A DNA stretch of 64,000 nucleotides from Botryllus schlosseri (lineage: Eukaryota). Both the position numbers and the translations under genes were made by a program. The notes under the pieces were generated by a model that saw only the letters and a program-made list of their open reading frames with translations, was not told where the DNA came from and did not search any database. Shown here piece by piece: positions 25,089-38,610 of this stretch. Position 1 is the stretch's first letter, and each line of letters starts with the position of its first letter. The stretch spans positions 14,882,001-14,946,000 of the forward strand of contig CM119372.1 of assembly GCA_051294905.1 (NCBI GenBank), in the 5' to 3' direction.

Positions 25089-25749
25089 TAGGGTTACCAT
25101 ATTTTGGAATCAGTAAAGGAGGACACTTTTATCAATTCAGAATTGTTAATTGATCAAGACAGAAAACAGCTGATTTCGCTATTTTTCTGTAAAATTGGGT
25201 GAGTTGACTAAAAAAGGTCGTTACCTCTCGATCGAACCACGAATTTTCCGCTCAAACGTCCACCTTGGCTATTTGGCGTCATTTATGCCCATTTTCACTC
25301 GAATCTGTCCATTATCCTCGCTGTGAAAGGAAAGGAAAAGACGTAGTTTATTTTTGTCCTTGATGTTTTTGCGGCATATAGGCTACAACAACTCATGATA
25401 CACATACACACGATCTGTGCATATGCATACCATGATGTGCATATGCCGCTGGACAAGGAAGTGCAGATATAGCCTTTACGGCTTTCCAAGTCATGCACCA
25501 CCCCTCCATGCTATCCCAGTAATGCATGAGCGCCAAGCAGGGAAGTCATGGATACCAGTGTTACTAATCAGGTCTTTGGTCTGACCCGGCCGGGGATCGA
25601 ACCCACGACCTACCGATCAAGAAGCCGGACGCTTCACCATTACGCTATCTTGTCGGAAAGCTGTAAAGGAGGACGAATTGCCAAAAAGGATGACTTTTAG
25701 GTTTTAGGACATTTCCAAAAACCTGAAAAAGGAGGACGTATGGTAATTA
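25089..25749. mobile_element. MITE of the 'ggttaccata' family, split by a SINE
   Basis: Termini tagggttaccata...ggaggacgtatggtaa. It is a reverse-complement homologue of 1012-1292. Confidence 0.7.
25325..25656 (-). mobile_element. tRNA-derived SINE (Meta-domain-like), copy 2, nested in a MITE
   Basis: Same sequence as 6933-7265. It interrupts the MITE at 25089-25749 at a (g)aaag duplication. Confidence 0.85.
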
Positions 25750-26006
25750 GATTTTGTCAACACGCAGGACGTCAAGTGGTTATGATTTTGGACTACTTCT
25801 ACTTCTACTTGACAATTTTCAGTTTTTTAAGCAAAATTAGTCCTAGCATATTTGAACTTTTGTAATAATAATCCTATTTCAAATGTTCAAATTCATATTT
25901 CATAATTTCCTCCCGGACGCAGTTTAAAGAGTGATATTCCGGACATGTCCGGGAAATTCCGGACGTATGGCAACCCTAAGATAGGAGGATGTCGAAGGAC
26001 ACGCAT

Positions 26007-26452
26007 CAGTAGCGATCCTTTTAATCTAACATCACCTCGGCCTAGAGTGCCCGATGTCACACTTCTTTTCGATGTTGATCTTTTTGAAACCGCCAGTTCT
26101 TTCTATTCTTCGTCTTCGTCTTTCGTCATGTCTTTTTCTGGGCGTTTTTTGTCGCCGTAAGAACGGCAACGGCGGAGAAGAGGGGCCCAAATAAACTCCG
26201 ACGGGAATCGAACCGGGTTTGTGTAGGCCCTTATCGTCACCACTACGCTATATATCCCCCGGGCCCTGGTTTGATTCAGCGTCGGAGGTTTACCTGTACT
26301 TCTCTTAAAAATCAGAATATACCCTTAAAAGAAGGTACTCACAGGGAATGGAAAGAGAAAGAAAGAGCCGCGGCATAGAGAATAACATCGAAATAGAACT
26401 GCACCATCGGGCACTAGGCCGAGGTGGATGTCAGATTAAGATACCGCAACTG
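26007..26452. mobile_element. Foldback-type MITE with internal Pol III A/B boxes
   Basis: Long imperfect inverted arms (taatctaacatcacctcggcctagagtgcccgatg / catcgggcactaggccgaggtggatgtcagatta). A partial second copy lies at ~28056-28250. Confidence 0.7.
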
Positions 26453-26592
26453 GCCGTTTAGGCTCCCTCGTATCTGTTCATTATATCGTATTATGTCTCT
26501 TGTATCGCACTTTCACAAATTAGATTGGAATTAGATGACATTAATTTCTCTCTAATTTAGTGTAATTATACAACTAGAGTTATGTCTATGAC

Positions 26593-27888
26593 CAGAGGTG
26601 GTCAATGTAGTCAAGAAAGCTACTCAAGTAGAAGTAGAAGTAGCGACGAAAAAATCTACTCAAGTACGAGTAGAAGTACTTCTTCCATGAACAACCTAAA
26701 ACTACTTGAAGTAGAAGTAGAATTTACTGAATTTAAATCTACTCAAGTAAGTAAGTAGTTTTGAAAACGATCGTAATTCGTTCACACGGATTGTCAAAAG
26801 GTGCAAATTGAGCTATGCGAAAGGTGCAAATTGAGCTATGCGAAAGGTGCAGAGATTGATTCTTATTGATGCATACCAGGAGGTATCCAATTTTCGACAG
26901 CATAAGCATTCGTCCGCATCATGAAAATGATAGTATTGATATGGAAATGTGATAGTAATCCTCTGTTTACTATCGAACAGCACGTTTTAAAAAATATCAT
27001 GGTATAGCGCCTTCCCCATAGTATAAGGTCTGTAGATTAGTCGAAGAGCAATACGGAGAAGTTGTATATGATACGGTTTCAACACTTTGCGCGATTAGTA
27101 AACATTAGTAAAAAAGTATGATGGATCGTAAAAATGCCATACTGTGTAGCTTTATTTCCGGAAATTATAGGCATTACCACACCTGCTTTTATACTTCAAC
27201 ATTTATGTTATCCAGACAATAGAACTGATATTAATTAGAACTCAAAGTCTATGATGGGAATTGAAAGTGAAATAGAATATAAATACTACTTCTAAAAGCA
27301 GAACATGTATTTCGTGTCATTAGTCCAGAAAGTTTCGAAGGTTGGAATGCTAAAACAGCTCTAAAACTAAAAAATTCAGAGTCTACTTTTCTAGATTGGG
27401 ACACGACATGGGCTGCTAGATTACGATATGATGAGTAAAGGCTAGATTGCGAAACATCAGTTTCAAACGTTATGATGAGCCATAATATTATGTACTGTGA
27501 TGAAATATTTGAAATGGCGAAGGGCGACAATGCGGTGTGAACGCAACCACGCCTATAGTGAAATCATACTGGTTACCCCGTATCCACTGCGAATGCGAGC
27601 GAAGCGCGACGAAAATTCTGGGCTTTACTAAAATTTTATGAAAATTAAATGTTGATGCTCCGTGAAAACAGTCCCGAAATTCCTCAGGCTATCTTCCCGA
27701 TTATAGGATTAAACTACTTCTACTTGACAAACTGAAAATAGCGAAAAGTAAGTAAGTAGATCACAAAATATTAAGAAGTAGAAGTACAAGTAGCGAAAAT
27801 CAGATCTACTTGAGTAAGTAGCGGAAGTAGAGGAAAACTACTTGAGTACTTCGAAAAAGTAGAAGTACTTCGTTACTGACCACCTCTG
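26593..27888. mobile_element. hAT MITE, 'ctacttctacttgag'-rich family (full-length copy)
   Basis: TIR cagaggtggtca / tgaccacctctg, with a perfect 8-bp TSD tctatgac (26585-92, 27889-96). A truncated inverted copy lies at ~36028-36470 and many decayed fragments occur in the ABCB1 and CCHCR1 introns. Confidence 0.9.
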
Positions 27889-29504
27889 TCTATGACTAGC
27901 TATCACAATAAATAGGCAAGTTTATGCTTCAGAACATGTTGGCCGAGTGTGCGGGCTAGGCATAGTGCAATCGCGTAGCAGAGAAACGTTGCGCTGTTGA
28001 TACGTTCTATAGGCGCTTCGGCAGAAGCGAGCAAAGTACACATTACCAGCCAGACCAGTTGCGGTCTTTTAGACTGACATCTACCTCGGAATAGAGTGCC
28101 CGACGTCACAGTTCTTTTTGATGTCAACCTTTTGAAGCTGCGGTCCTTTCTAGTACACTCCATTCCTTGTGAGTGTTTTCTTTCGTCGGGTTGGTATTTC
28201 TTTTTCTGGGCTTTTTTGTCGCCGTAAGAACGGTGACGGCGGCGGAAGATAAACCTCCTCTTGATTTCTCATCTAACACAGTCACTACGATGCAAGGACA
28301 ACGTTGATGTTTGGATATTAGACCACTATTAGCAGTTATCCTTGTATCTAGGACCGTAACAGCACTTCGTCAGGCCCCCAAAAAACGTTGGTCTATGGTG
28401 ATAAACTAGGGTTACCAGTTACCATATTTTTGAAACCTAAATTACTGACGCTGTTTAGCGTCCACTAGCGGATTTCAAAATGAGGTATGCGGACATTGTC
28501 GATTCATATGACGTCACAACTGCAAAGCTTTGTTTATCGACTAGAGACGCAGTCACGATCCGGTTCAGAAGTATGTGGATGTGTGTTGTAAGTTGTAACC
28601 AGGGCCGAATAAGCCACATTTTTTTAGCTCCCTCCCGCCTAAATAAACAATGATCTTCGGCACATCGCAGGGTAATCGATGCACCTTCTGGGGGTTAAAA
28701 TATACATCTGGCCGTTAAATGATTTAAATGATTTATGTCAGCAATGTTGGTTCTTCCATCTATTACTATACAATTTGATCCTCTCTCCGCCCACATGATC
28801 AGAGTTAGCGGTAGAGCTGGTGGAGGATGATGACTTCGAAAATGCAAGGAACGCAGTCGTACATCGTTAAGTCATGTTCATACTACACCGATTAAATTAT
28901 TTATCGGCCTAATGCCGGTGCGCGCTCTACCACTCAGCTATATAAACACCGCACATCCGGTGGTTTCCAACCTTTTATGGTGGTGCCTCAATTTCCAATT
29001 TGAAAATGTTCCGGGGCCAAGCTCAAAATTTGGAACTAGTGCACTATACACCAACATAACCCGTTCATGGTAATCACATTATTGACTCAATCTTTTCACA
29101 CGTCAACCTTTTTTCTTTTATTGTTCTCTCGAATTGATATTTCATTACTCAACAGATTTCTAGTTGCGAGGTTTCAGTTTTTTCCGTTTACGCCCATTAC
29201 GTAAAATAATTCACTTGATACCTATTATAAACGATGCACTGCCATTCATTTATGCTTCGTTACATAGCTATCTTACCATGACTCACAGTTTTTTCCTTTA
29301 ACGCCCATTACGTGAAACACGGAGTGCTTGGGACTCATCATAAACGATGTGCCAAAGGATTTGTTTTGTACGCATGATACCTATCACCATTTTTATTAAC
29401 GATTTACCAAAATTATAACGTTACACTTCATTACTTCCCTATAACAAACTATGAAAATCCCGTATTTACATCTAAATCTTAAACACCCATTCTTACCTTC
29501 AGAT

Positions 29505-32500
29505 TTAGTCATTCTCCGTTGTGTTCCGTATTACTCTTATCGCCATCCATTGACTTGTTCCGTTACGTCTCCTCGTGTTCCTCAGAAGATTCAAGGTTCT
29601 ACGTCGACGACACCTTATACAACCTACCCATAACACAATCACCAGAGCCATCAACCCTGTTACCACCAATATTACAACCACTGGTTCCATGATAGGTATC
29701 AGCTTTGCACCTTCCATAATAACCCTATCGATCAAGGATAATTCTCTTACCTTATATCCACCTTCCATCATCACCAGTTCGTGCAGCCATCGAGTATAGT
29801 TGTAGTCAACGAAATCTGTGGTTGTCTTCCCCACGGTGGTTCTTGATATTCTGGAATACTCAGGAGCGGGTGTTCCCAAACTTCGGGTTTTCTGCCCAAG
29901 CAGTGGTGATGCGTTAGCCATCGTTGGCTCCAAGGTAGTATTCATTAGTTCGACACTCTTCGAGGACGAGTCGTCTTTGTCGTCTCCTGTTGAATACAAA
30001 ACAGTTGTTTCGGTACTAACCTTACGGTTGTGGTCCGGGTTTTGGTAGTCCGTTCCGATGTCGGTCCTGCCGTCTTCCGTGGAGTTCTGCAAAGCCTTCG
30101 CAGTGGTGACCGGATGCACTCGCGTCGTTGTAGGTGTTTCACCAATGATTTTCGTCGTTCCGTCGGTTTGGTTTCGCGCGCGAAGAGTTTGCAACTGTTA
30201 CTTCCCATAAGTCGCATCAATTGGTTTGACAGTTTTATACTCCCCCTTTTTGTTAGCCATCGATTTCGATCGTCTTACTTGCACCAGCCTCGCTTTCATC
30301 CGCCATTGTATTGTTAGGGGTGGCAGATGTTTCAGCGCTGTAGTGCTTGGATCATATAGTCTTTCGCCGCTGGAGTTACCCACGTCGTACTGTAGTAAGC
30401 GATCATGTACACTTCTTGGGATGGGGGTTTACCTCTGACGCCCGTCTTGCTACTATCGAGTGCGACTCGCCTTGTCTTGTAGTAATTCATTCATTTTCTC
30501 ATGAACAACAAAAATAGCCAATTTTCATTCGGCAAAACCTTGTTCAATAATACCAGAGTAAGGTATTATATCTATTGCTTCCTTTAGTGCCTTCGTCTGA
30601 CCCTCCCGCGTCGGGTTATAAGGGCCAGAAACGAAAGGCTTAGTCGATGGGTCCTTACGTCCGATGTCGCATTGGTATTTCATGGATTGGGGGGCGCTGA
30701 GTTGGCCCCGCAGGCTATCAAGTTCGGAAGCAAATGGATCATAAACAGCTGTCAAGACTCCTTCAGGAATGGCGATATTTTCTAGGCCAGTCAAAAGTCA
30801 GGAGGTTTGTATGACAGTTTCGCCAGTGCTACCGATTGTGCACAGAGACTTTCGAGTTCCGTCTTCACGCTGGGACTGGTGTCTTGTCGTAAGGTTACAT
30901 AGTAATTGGGCCAGTTATTGGCCCAATGCGAATCTCGATATGAACGGGGTTTTGGTGTTGGTGGAGAGAAGGGCGAGGTTCTTCGTTGTCAGCGGGGATT
31001 CCCAACCTATTCAATCTGACCTCTGATCTCGGCGTGTGCCCACGCCTACCGTCACGCCGGCGGATTCAGTCGCCGCCGGGGCCCGTTTCTGGGGAGACGT
31101 GCATCTTAAAATCCCCAGACTCCTTGCCGGTCATGACCGGACATGTGTCCGGTTAGCCGGTAACAGCTGCTTTGTTTGGGAAATTACTCATAACTGTGGC
31201 TGTCGTCATGCATCTATGGGCCGAATTGTTACAGTTATTCGGACAAGTGCATCCACGAGAGCTTTCAGGACCAGTTTTCTCGTGCACGTCCTTATTTACG
31301 TCAGCCGGGATTCCGCGCTCGACGTCTTCATTATTGGTGCCGTCAGGGATTCCTGACTCGACACATCTTTAGTTAGTGCCAGCAGTGCTAACTGACCCGA
31401 CACTTTCTCGACTAGTGCCAGCAGGGGCTACCTGACCCAACACTAGGGATTTCCCATATTTTTTGACCTTTTGGGAAAGAAGGTAAGACAGTTGCCGTCG
31501 TAAGATCGGCGTATTTATGATTGGTGCCAGCAGGGATTCCTGACTCGACACATTTCGCGCCAGTGGTGATTACCATCTCGACACTTGCGCCAGCGGCAAC
31601 GGCCTGCGGCGACACAGACAACGTGCCGGCTCGACGCTTATTAGATTTGCAGCTTCCATCAACCCATCATTGGTTACAGTGTCGCGAAGACTGCTTCCGA
31701 CTTTGGTTCCGTCCCGTTGATCACACGAGATCTCGTCATGAAGCGTTACTAAAGACAACTCTTCGTTTGCATTAGGCGGAGATTCAAATTCATTCGCTAT
31801 GTTTGGTAATTGTTGTACATGATCAATCCATTTTCGACCTACAATATCGAGAGGTCTCCTTTCTCGATCGCAAATGGAGCCGATAGTCCGTCGAAATTGA
31901 TTATTACTAAGGAGTCAACGTGGGAGGAGTCACCTATATCACGTAGTTTCATGTCTATAGGTTGCCGCTCCTTCCAGCTTGGCGGGTATTAGGTTTCTAC
32001 GACGTTTTTCAATTTGAGGACGCTTCCCGTGTCGGCGCAGAAAACCCCAGTTGTGATCCTTCGACGATCTTTTCTTTTCATAGATTGGCGTTCGCAGATA
32101 GTAAGGAGGTAATCGATGTGTTCGTCTTCAGACTCTCCCCCGTCCACTGAAATTGCCAAGAAATGACGCTGAGCCCCAGAAGACCAGTTGGTGCCTCCAT
32201 TTGATTATAGTGTAGCTTCATGGCGCTTGCCATGCAAGTGTTCCACACTTGGTTCGATTTACTTCACAGAGCTCAACCCCATCTCCTGGATTTTCCACAT
32301 TTTTCCACACCCCTTATACAACCCGGTTTTGTCGACGTTGATTGAAGCCTTGGTTGTAGATTGATCGAACGAAGCAGTGACCTCGGAAGGTCCAGCGGCT
32401 CAAACTATTCATACAATAGACAAGCCCCTTGGCTTAATTCAACCAACATACTCCAATAATTATCATGCCGACAGCAATGAAGTATCTATGTAAAACTCGG

Positions 32501-33350
32501 TTAAGTTGGCACACGGAACATACGTCAATCACAACACGGGTCAAGATTTAACCTATTCATATTTATGCACGATTAATAACAGTTCAATACTCCAAAGTGT
32601 GTTTACACCATAAATGTGGCGGTATTTCCTGCCGACAATATACATGCATATAATATACAAGAAATATGCCAATCGATGCCACACAAAAACAATACCACAC
32701 AGAGTTCAAGTTGACAAATTTGCCGACCACCTTGTTTATAAGAGTTTCCAATCTTCCAGATGCAGATATCAAACCGCAGTTAGTCCAGGAACCGACCCCT
32801 TGTTTGAGTCGTTACTACTTAGGATCATCAAGTAGCCTACTTGCGTGCTGTCGATTCGGAGATCGGGCATTCCAAGTCCAACAGAACGCGGGGTTTGTTG
32901 AGGGTTCGTTGTAGCGATATTCCGAATGCAGTACCTCTATGTTCTTGGCTCTTACCATCTTTAGCTCATCGGCTTTATGGAGCGATTCCAGCAAATTTAA
33001 TCGAGCTTCTTCATTTATGTATACATTGCAATTTCGGTTAGCAGTCGCTCCCATTTCATCGCACTGCTTTATTTCTGTATACTTTGCAACTGCAAGCAAG
33101 CAGCCGATCCAATCAATAGCATGTCAAGATTTTTCAGAGGGACATCGGAACATCACCCTTCAATCTCAAAAGACGTCAAAGCCTTCCGCAATGCCTCCGT
33201 CAATGTCCGGTTTTCTGGATATAGTCTGCTACTGGATGCTTCGTTTGAGATTCTGTTTCAGACTGGCGGATTTACATTGGCATAGAGTCACAAGTTCGCC
33301 GAAACTATAGCGGACGCACCGATGTCGTCTTTATATGCAATAATTGGATA
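29505..33350 (-). pseudogene. Decayed long coding region ending in a Ser/Thr-rich stalk, TM helix and basic tail; origin uncertain (possibly LTR-retroelement or virus derived)
   Basis: Protein-like frames with scattered stops and frameshifts run over most of ~3.8 kb. The intact last 229 aa contain VVVILVVTGLMALVIVLWVGCI followed by RCRRRR. There is an internal repeat CVESGIP(A/D)GTN and a DTGS motif near 32020-32035. Confidence 0.5.
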
Positions 33351-34874
33351 CTACAACTGAGTGTACAATTCACGTGGACATCATACATGGCATAGATATG
33401 CATACATATATCAGTCATACTTCGGCTCACTGTAAAAGCTCGCATACATGAAAAAATGGTGGCGCCATTTTTGGTTAAGCAAACTGATGGTATAGCTAAC
33501 ACTTAACATGCATACGACACAGTCCCAGATAAGCACAAAATGATACCATCTCACTTATAATAGTCATATGTGAACCAATATCCTAATTGTAATCATGCTA
33601 TATTCCTTAATTTCCAGTATTGGTGTGCTTAAGCTTTTTTATTCATTCGTATATATCGTTTTTCATAGGCAATAGACTAGGCTTATCGCGAATTTCGAAC
33701 TCACATATGCTCCAATGCCTTACCCCAAGAGGTCTTTAAATACCCATGTTTCTATTGTCCTATGGTCCATTACACATCAAATTTTCAAACTTTTGTCCCG
33801 TTGGGGTGAAGGGTCCTGACACTAGTATAGGGGCGGGGTCAGTTATGACGCCTTATTAATGCCTACAGTTATAGTACTCGCTATTAAATTACTGCAGTAA
33901 CAACCAACTATTCTCATATTAAATGTTCATAACTTATACCTATATTTAAGACATGTTAGCGTCATCTTAAAGCAATATGATGGTAAATGTCAAAGATTAG
34001 GTAAATGCAGTACTTGAACAATATAAGAAAGATAGGCGTCACGTTGCAATAATACGTCATAGTAAACCCTCCCATGAAAATACCCTTTTGCAGATTGATT
34101 TTTGCCAATACAGTAAACTTCATAGTTCATACTCGTCATGATTGCAATACGACAAAATGGCGCTCGTCAGGCGCATTCATTTCGTAAAGTGAATACGCGG
34201 ACAAAGCGGGTTTTAGGCTAGTGTCATATTCCATCATCGACACATCAGTTTCGAAAAACGAATGTGTGGATAAGTTCAACCATGGGTTACTTTTCTAAGG
34301 TCTTTATATTAGCAGTACTGGCCTGAAGTATTCCTAATGTTATAGGCCTAGTAATTCCGGTTGTATAATATTTCTGTATTTATTGTAGTTGGTGCCTAAA
34401 ACGTTTTGGAAAGTCTGTCGATATCTTGGTCTAAAGACCAAGGTATCGATCCATTATTTTAGTAGCCCTAATCGTTTTGGAAAGCATATCGGTCTTCTCC
34501 AGGGTCTACCACCAAGGTACCGATGTAGCAATTTGAAATCCGTTGACATTGTTGTTTGCGATTTGCGATGTTTGCGATAGATAGCCGGCAACTATACTGG
34601 CGCTTCAGCGCTAGGTCGTAAAATCGACACAAGGCCCCGATATACATCACAACACAAAATGGACACAGTAGCCAACGAACTGGCTCGCTGCTCCGTGACC
34701 ATTTACAGCGTCTCCACATGGGCATTGATGTCCTGATCAGAATGGTATTGAGTGTATTGACCTTGCCGAAATAGTAGCGCTTGTGACGTTCAGATATAGG
34801 TAAATATATTTTCATTTCGAGTCATACCCAGACAACTTTAGAAAATTTTCAGCTTTTCCGAATTAGGTGAGATT

Positions 34875-35030
34875 TAGAGCTACACAGCTTTTCCAAATTA
34901 TGTTAAAATTAGAATTAGAGCTACGCAGCTTTTTCAAATTATGTTAAAATTAGAATTAGAGCTACGCAGCTTTTTCAAATTATGTTAAAATTAGAATTAG
35001 AGCTACGCAGCTTTTTCCAAATTAGATTAG
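34875..35030 (+). repeat. 41-bp tandem repeat, about 4 copies
   Basis: The unit agagctacgcagctttttcaaattatgttaaaattagaatt starts at 34876, 34917, 34958 and 34999. Confidence 0.9.
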
Positions 35031-36027
35031 AATTATATTACTGGCATTTCGCTCTAATTCCGTGAGATTAGACGACTAGAATTATTTAGTTGTCCAAGCC
35101 TGGTTCGAGTCGCCTGCTTGCAGTACCAATAATAAATCCAATTTGACTTTGTCCTTGTTATTACTTAATGCGACAAGTGGGTATATTTCTGAAGCTATTC
35201 TTGAGTCAGTGCGTTTCATCTTACGTCAGCGAGGTAAATTGTCCTCAAAAACACTAAACAAGAATGCTCTAAAATGCTGACAAAACCATGGAATATCTAG
35301 GTACAAAGGCACCCGCCTTATTGTCGGCATAAATATGCACAGCGAACGGCACATATTTATTGACGCACTGCGATACCACACATTTACAACGCCGCAACAT
35401 ACCCTACGGAAACTTTATCGCTGCTAGTGATTATTTTTCATCCTCACTAATTCTTGGTCCTAGTTCGGCCCATGTAAGCTTACACGAAATAATAGAGTGT
35501 TTTTCGGCAAATTCAAATCTTGACTGGAGTCAGGCTCACTTTCAACTAGACACTTTCATCTCGCCAAATCTGTCGCAGCCAATTACTACACGCGACAGGA
35601 TAGTTAGTACGACTGCCCTGGATCGCAGTTTCGTGGTGTTTTGAAATGATGAAAATATTATTAAAACTGATTGACTAAACGCGGCATAAGCACTCGTCAT
35701 TTCCTGCTTTTATATCTCTAGACATTAGTATCTCTGGACTTTAATTAAACTATACTAACTGTCCTACTCAAATTTTCGCGTAAATGAATTACATACTTTT
35801 CGTATTGATTATTCGAGCGGGTTTCCGCAGACATGGATCAATACCATTAAGCATGATCCGTTTTGAATACTATCGATAAAATGTGTTAATATGGTGTATA
35901 GCCTTCTTTGTTTCATCCACGGCAACTAGGACTATACACCGCACATGTCTGAGAACAAACGGCAATATTTGCAAAGGATTTCATATGTCATCACCCATTC
36001 GAATTACAACAGAATATGACTGATATC

Positions 36028-36470
36028 CAGAGGTGGTCAGTCACGAAGTACTTCTACTTTTTGGAAGTACTCAAGTAGTTTTCCTCTACTTCTGGTACTT
36101 ATTCAAGTAGATCTGATTTTCTCTACTTCTACTTCTACTTCGTAATATTTTGTGATCTACTTACTTACTTTTCGCTATTTTCAGTTTGTCAAGTAGAAGT
36201 AGTCTAATTCCCCAATACGAACGATAACTTGAGGAATTCCGCGGCTGTTGTCATGGAGTACCAACATTTAATATTCATAAGAGTCAAGTAAAGCCCAGGA
36301 ATTTTATTGCGCTTCGCGCATAGTAGTAATGGAGTGACAAATATGTTTTCGTGAAAGTATCAGTGAATGTAATTTAGGTACCGGATTGCTTGGTTCCTCT
36401 CACACCGCATTGTCGTCCTTATCAAATATTTCATCACAGTAAATATGGCCCACCACAACGTTTATAACCA
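36028..36470. mobile_element. Truncated copy of the 26593-27888 MITE family
   Basis: cagaggtggtcagtcacgaagtacttctact... is colinear with the reverse complement of ~27460-27888. Confidence 0.75.
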
Positions 36471-37654
36471 TAAACTCTTGTGACCTCAGAACAGTGTGGA
36501 GATCAAACCACTACCTTCGAGTCACGAGTCACCTTGAGACATTACACATTTCGACCCGAGCCCAGCCAAGTACCGTCAAGTCATCATTCAAGCCAAATTG
36601 AATTTTCGAAGTATGCATGATTGCATGATGATGCAAAGTCACTACACTTTGCCAACTGGGTGTAGGACAAATTAATTGGTCATTTATCTTGAATCAAATA
36701 CTGAATAAACCTAAATATACATACGCTCTGATCTTCGATGACGTAACCTCGGTGCAACAATGCCAGCCTCGTCCGTGCGTAGATGCGGTCTGTCTCAATT
36801 CCTCCGCTTCGTGTTGGAGTCCGAATTGGACTGGATAGATGGTGATTCGAGGCTGCTTATATGCATTTCTGTTTCAAAAACAAACAAGGTCTTCCCTGCC
36901 AAGAGCTGGCTATAAGTTTCGGGCCCAGTTCGTGCTGAGTTATTTTCTTTTTAATCTTTTTATGAATCACAGTTCGTGCTCCAGCCGCGGCCATTAACTA
37001 ATTGTTTTCGGCTCTATCAGCTACCAAAATGGCACAGCTTCGTGTGCGAATTAATCTCCCTCATCATTATAAATGACCCATTATAACGACTTCGTGCACG
37101 AGCAGAAATGACTAAGTGTCACGATTCGGCCTCGGCTCCTTATTTGGATAGAAACATCGGTCGCCCTTTTTGATTTTGTGCCAACCCAATACATTGCAGT
37201 ACCTCGCTCGCTGCAATCACCTTCCCCCCGCTCAGAGAAATACATTACCTTTGGGTTGTCAGTCCTTTTACAAGCTTACTCAGCAACCCACACACAACAA
37301 CGTCTAACAACAAGAATTCTTCAATTCGGGTTTTCATGCGAAGCCTAGCTTGAACTCCGGGATCCTAGTATTTTTAGGCGTCAGAGGCATACCCTGTACG
37401 ACCTTAGCTTGGCTGGCCCATAATTGGTCGAAGCGACGACCTAGCGCATCACAAATAGCCCCCCTTTTTTATTAAAAGGGCGACTTTTGTTCATATATTT
37501 CTTTAGGTCGCCAGCGGGCGCTGTTGTTTCATTATGCGCACACGAAATTCATTCGAGGTTCTCCTAAACTGGATTATAGCATAGAGAGTACCGCACGAAT
37601 AATTTGTATCTTCTTTGTACGGGCGAAACCAGAATACATATATTCTTGCGCGCT

Positions 37655-38610
37655 GTGTCAAATACATGCGACATCATATGCCAACGATTGTTAACACACG
37701 GCGTTGATCACCCGAATTTAGTGCGAGTTTAGCATCCCGGACTATTGTTGATTTTCCTGAGGTGAATTTATTGAAATTCAACGTCGAGTTAACTTTATGT
37801 TTTCTTTCACCGAATAGTTGCAAAATTGCGGAGTTTTAAAAGGGTCAAAATACAACTACAGGTCATATTACTTTGGTATAGATACAGTATCACGTCAGAT
37901 ATATCTTCGCTTGTATATTTATATCGGCCGCACGAGATACGTAGCTGGGTGTTTACCTTAGATGGATTGTTCTCGAGTTTCATGATCAAAAAGTGGTAGG
38001 TTCACGCGGGTTTTCACTACGCGGCCATCCATATGGTAATCTCGTTATCATGTTGCATCACCAACCAGCAAGCCAGTGTCGAAAACGTCCGTTCAGCAAA
38101 ACTACTTGAACTAATTCAGAACTCGCACCGCCGCGAATCTCGCGCCTCATCAGCACCTGACAGCACAACCCAACGCCAAGCACCGCATAATGCACTTCTG
38201 CACAGTATTAATTACAGAGCAAACGCCTACCATACTGACCAAGCGATCAATTGTACAAAGCAGATGAGAATTAACATCCATCATGCGGTATATACGGGAG
38301 AGCACAGATAATAACGCGCGAATGATCAGGCTATTATTGTATCTCCCCTATAAAGGTGAGATCATAATTCACATTTTCCTATACGTGCTATGTCAAATAC
38401 CCGTGACAACGCATCCCCACGATCGCTAACACACGGCGCTTTTCACCCGCGTGAATGGAGATTCAAATTGAGTGTGAATTTAGGATCACATACAATTGTC
38501 GTTTTTCTGACGTGAGCTTATCGAACTAATTTCAACAATAATTCCAAAGGTCATGTATTCCCGTATGTATATAAAAAAAACGCAACTACAGGTCGCATTA
38601 ATTTGGTAAA
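37655..38610 (+). repeat. Diverged ~220-bp direct repeat pair (37655-37880 and 38390-38610)
   Basis: Shared colinear blocks tgtcaaatac, taacacacggcg, tcacccg, and caactacaggtc..atta.tttggta. Confidence 0.6.

Noticed and set aside
26797..26851. 23-bp repeat (aaaggtgcaaattgagctatgcg, ~2.3 copies) as a CRISPR or regulatory array
   Set aside because: It is a simple local tandem duplication inside a MITE.
34875..35030. CRISPR-like array
   Set aside because: The units are contiguous tandem copies with no unique spacers, the context is eukaryotic and there are no cas genes.
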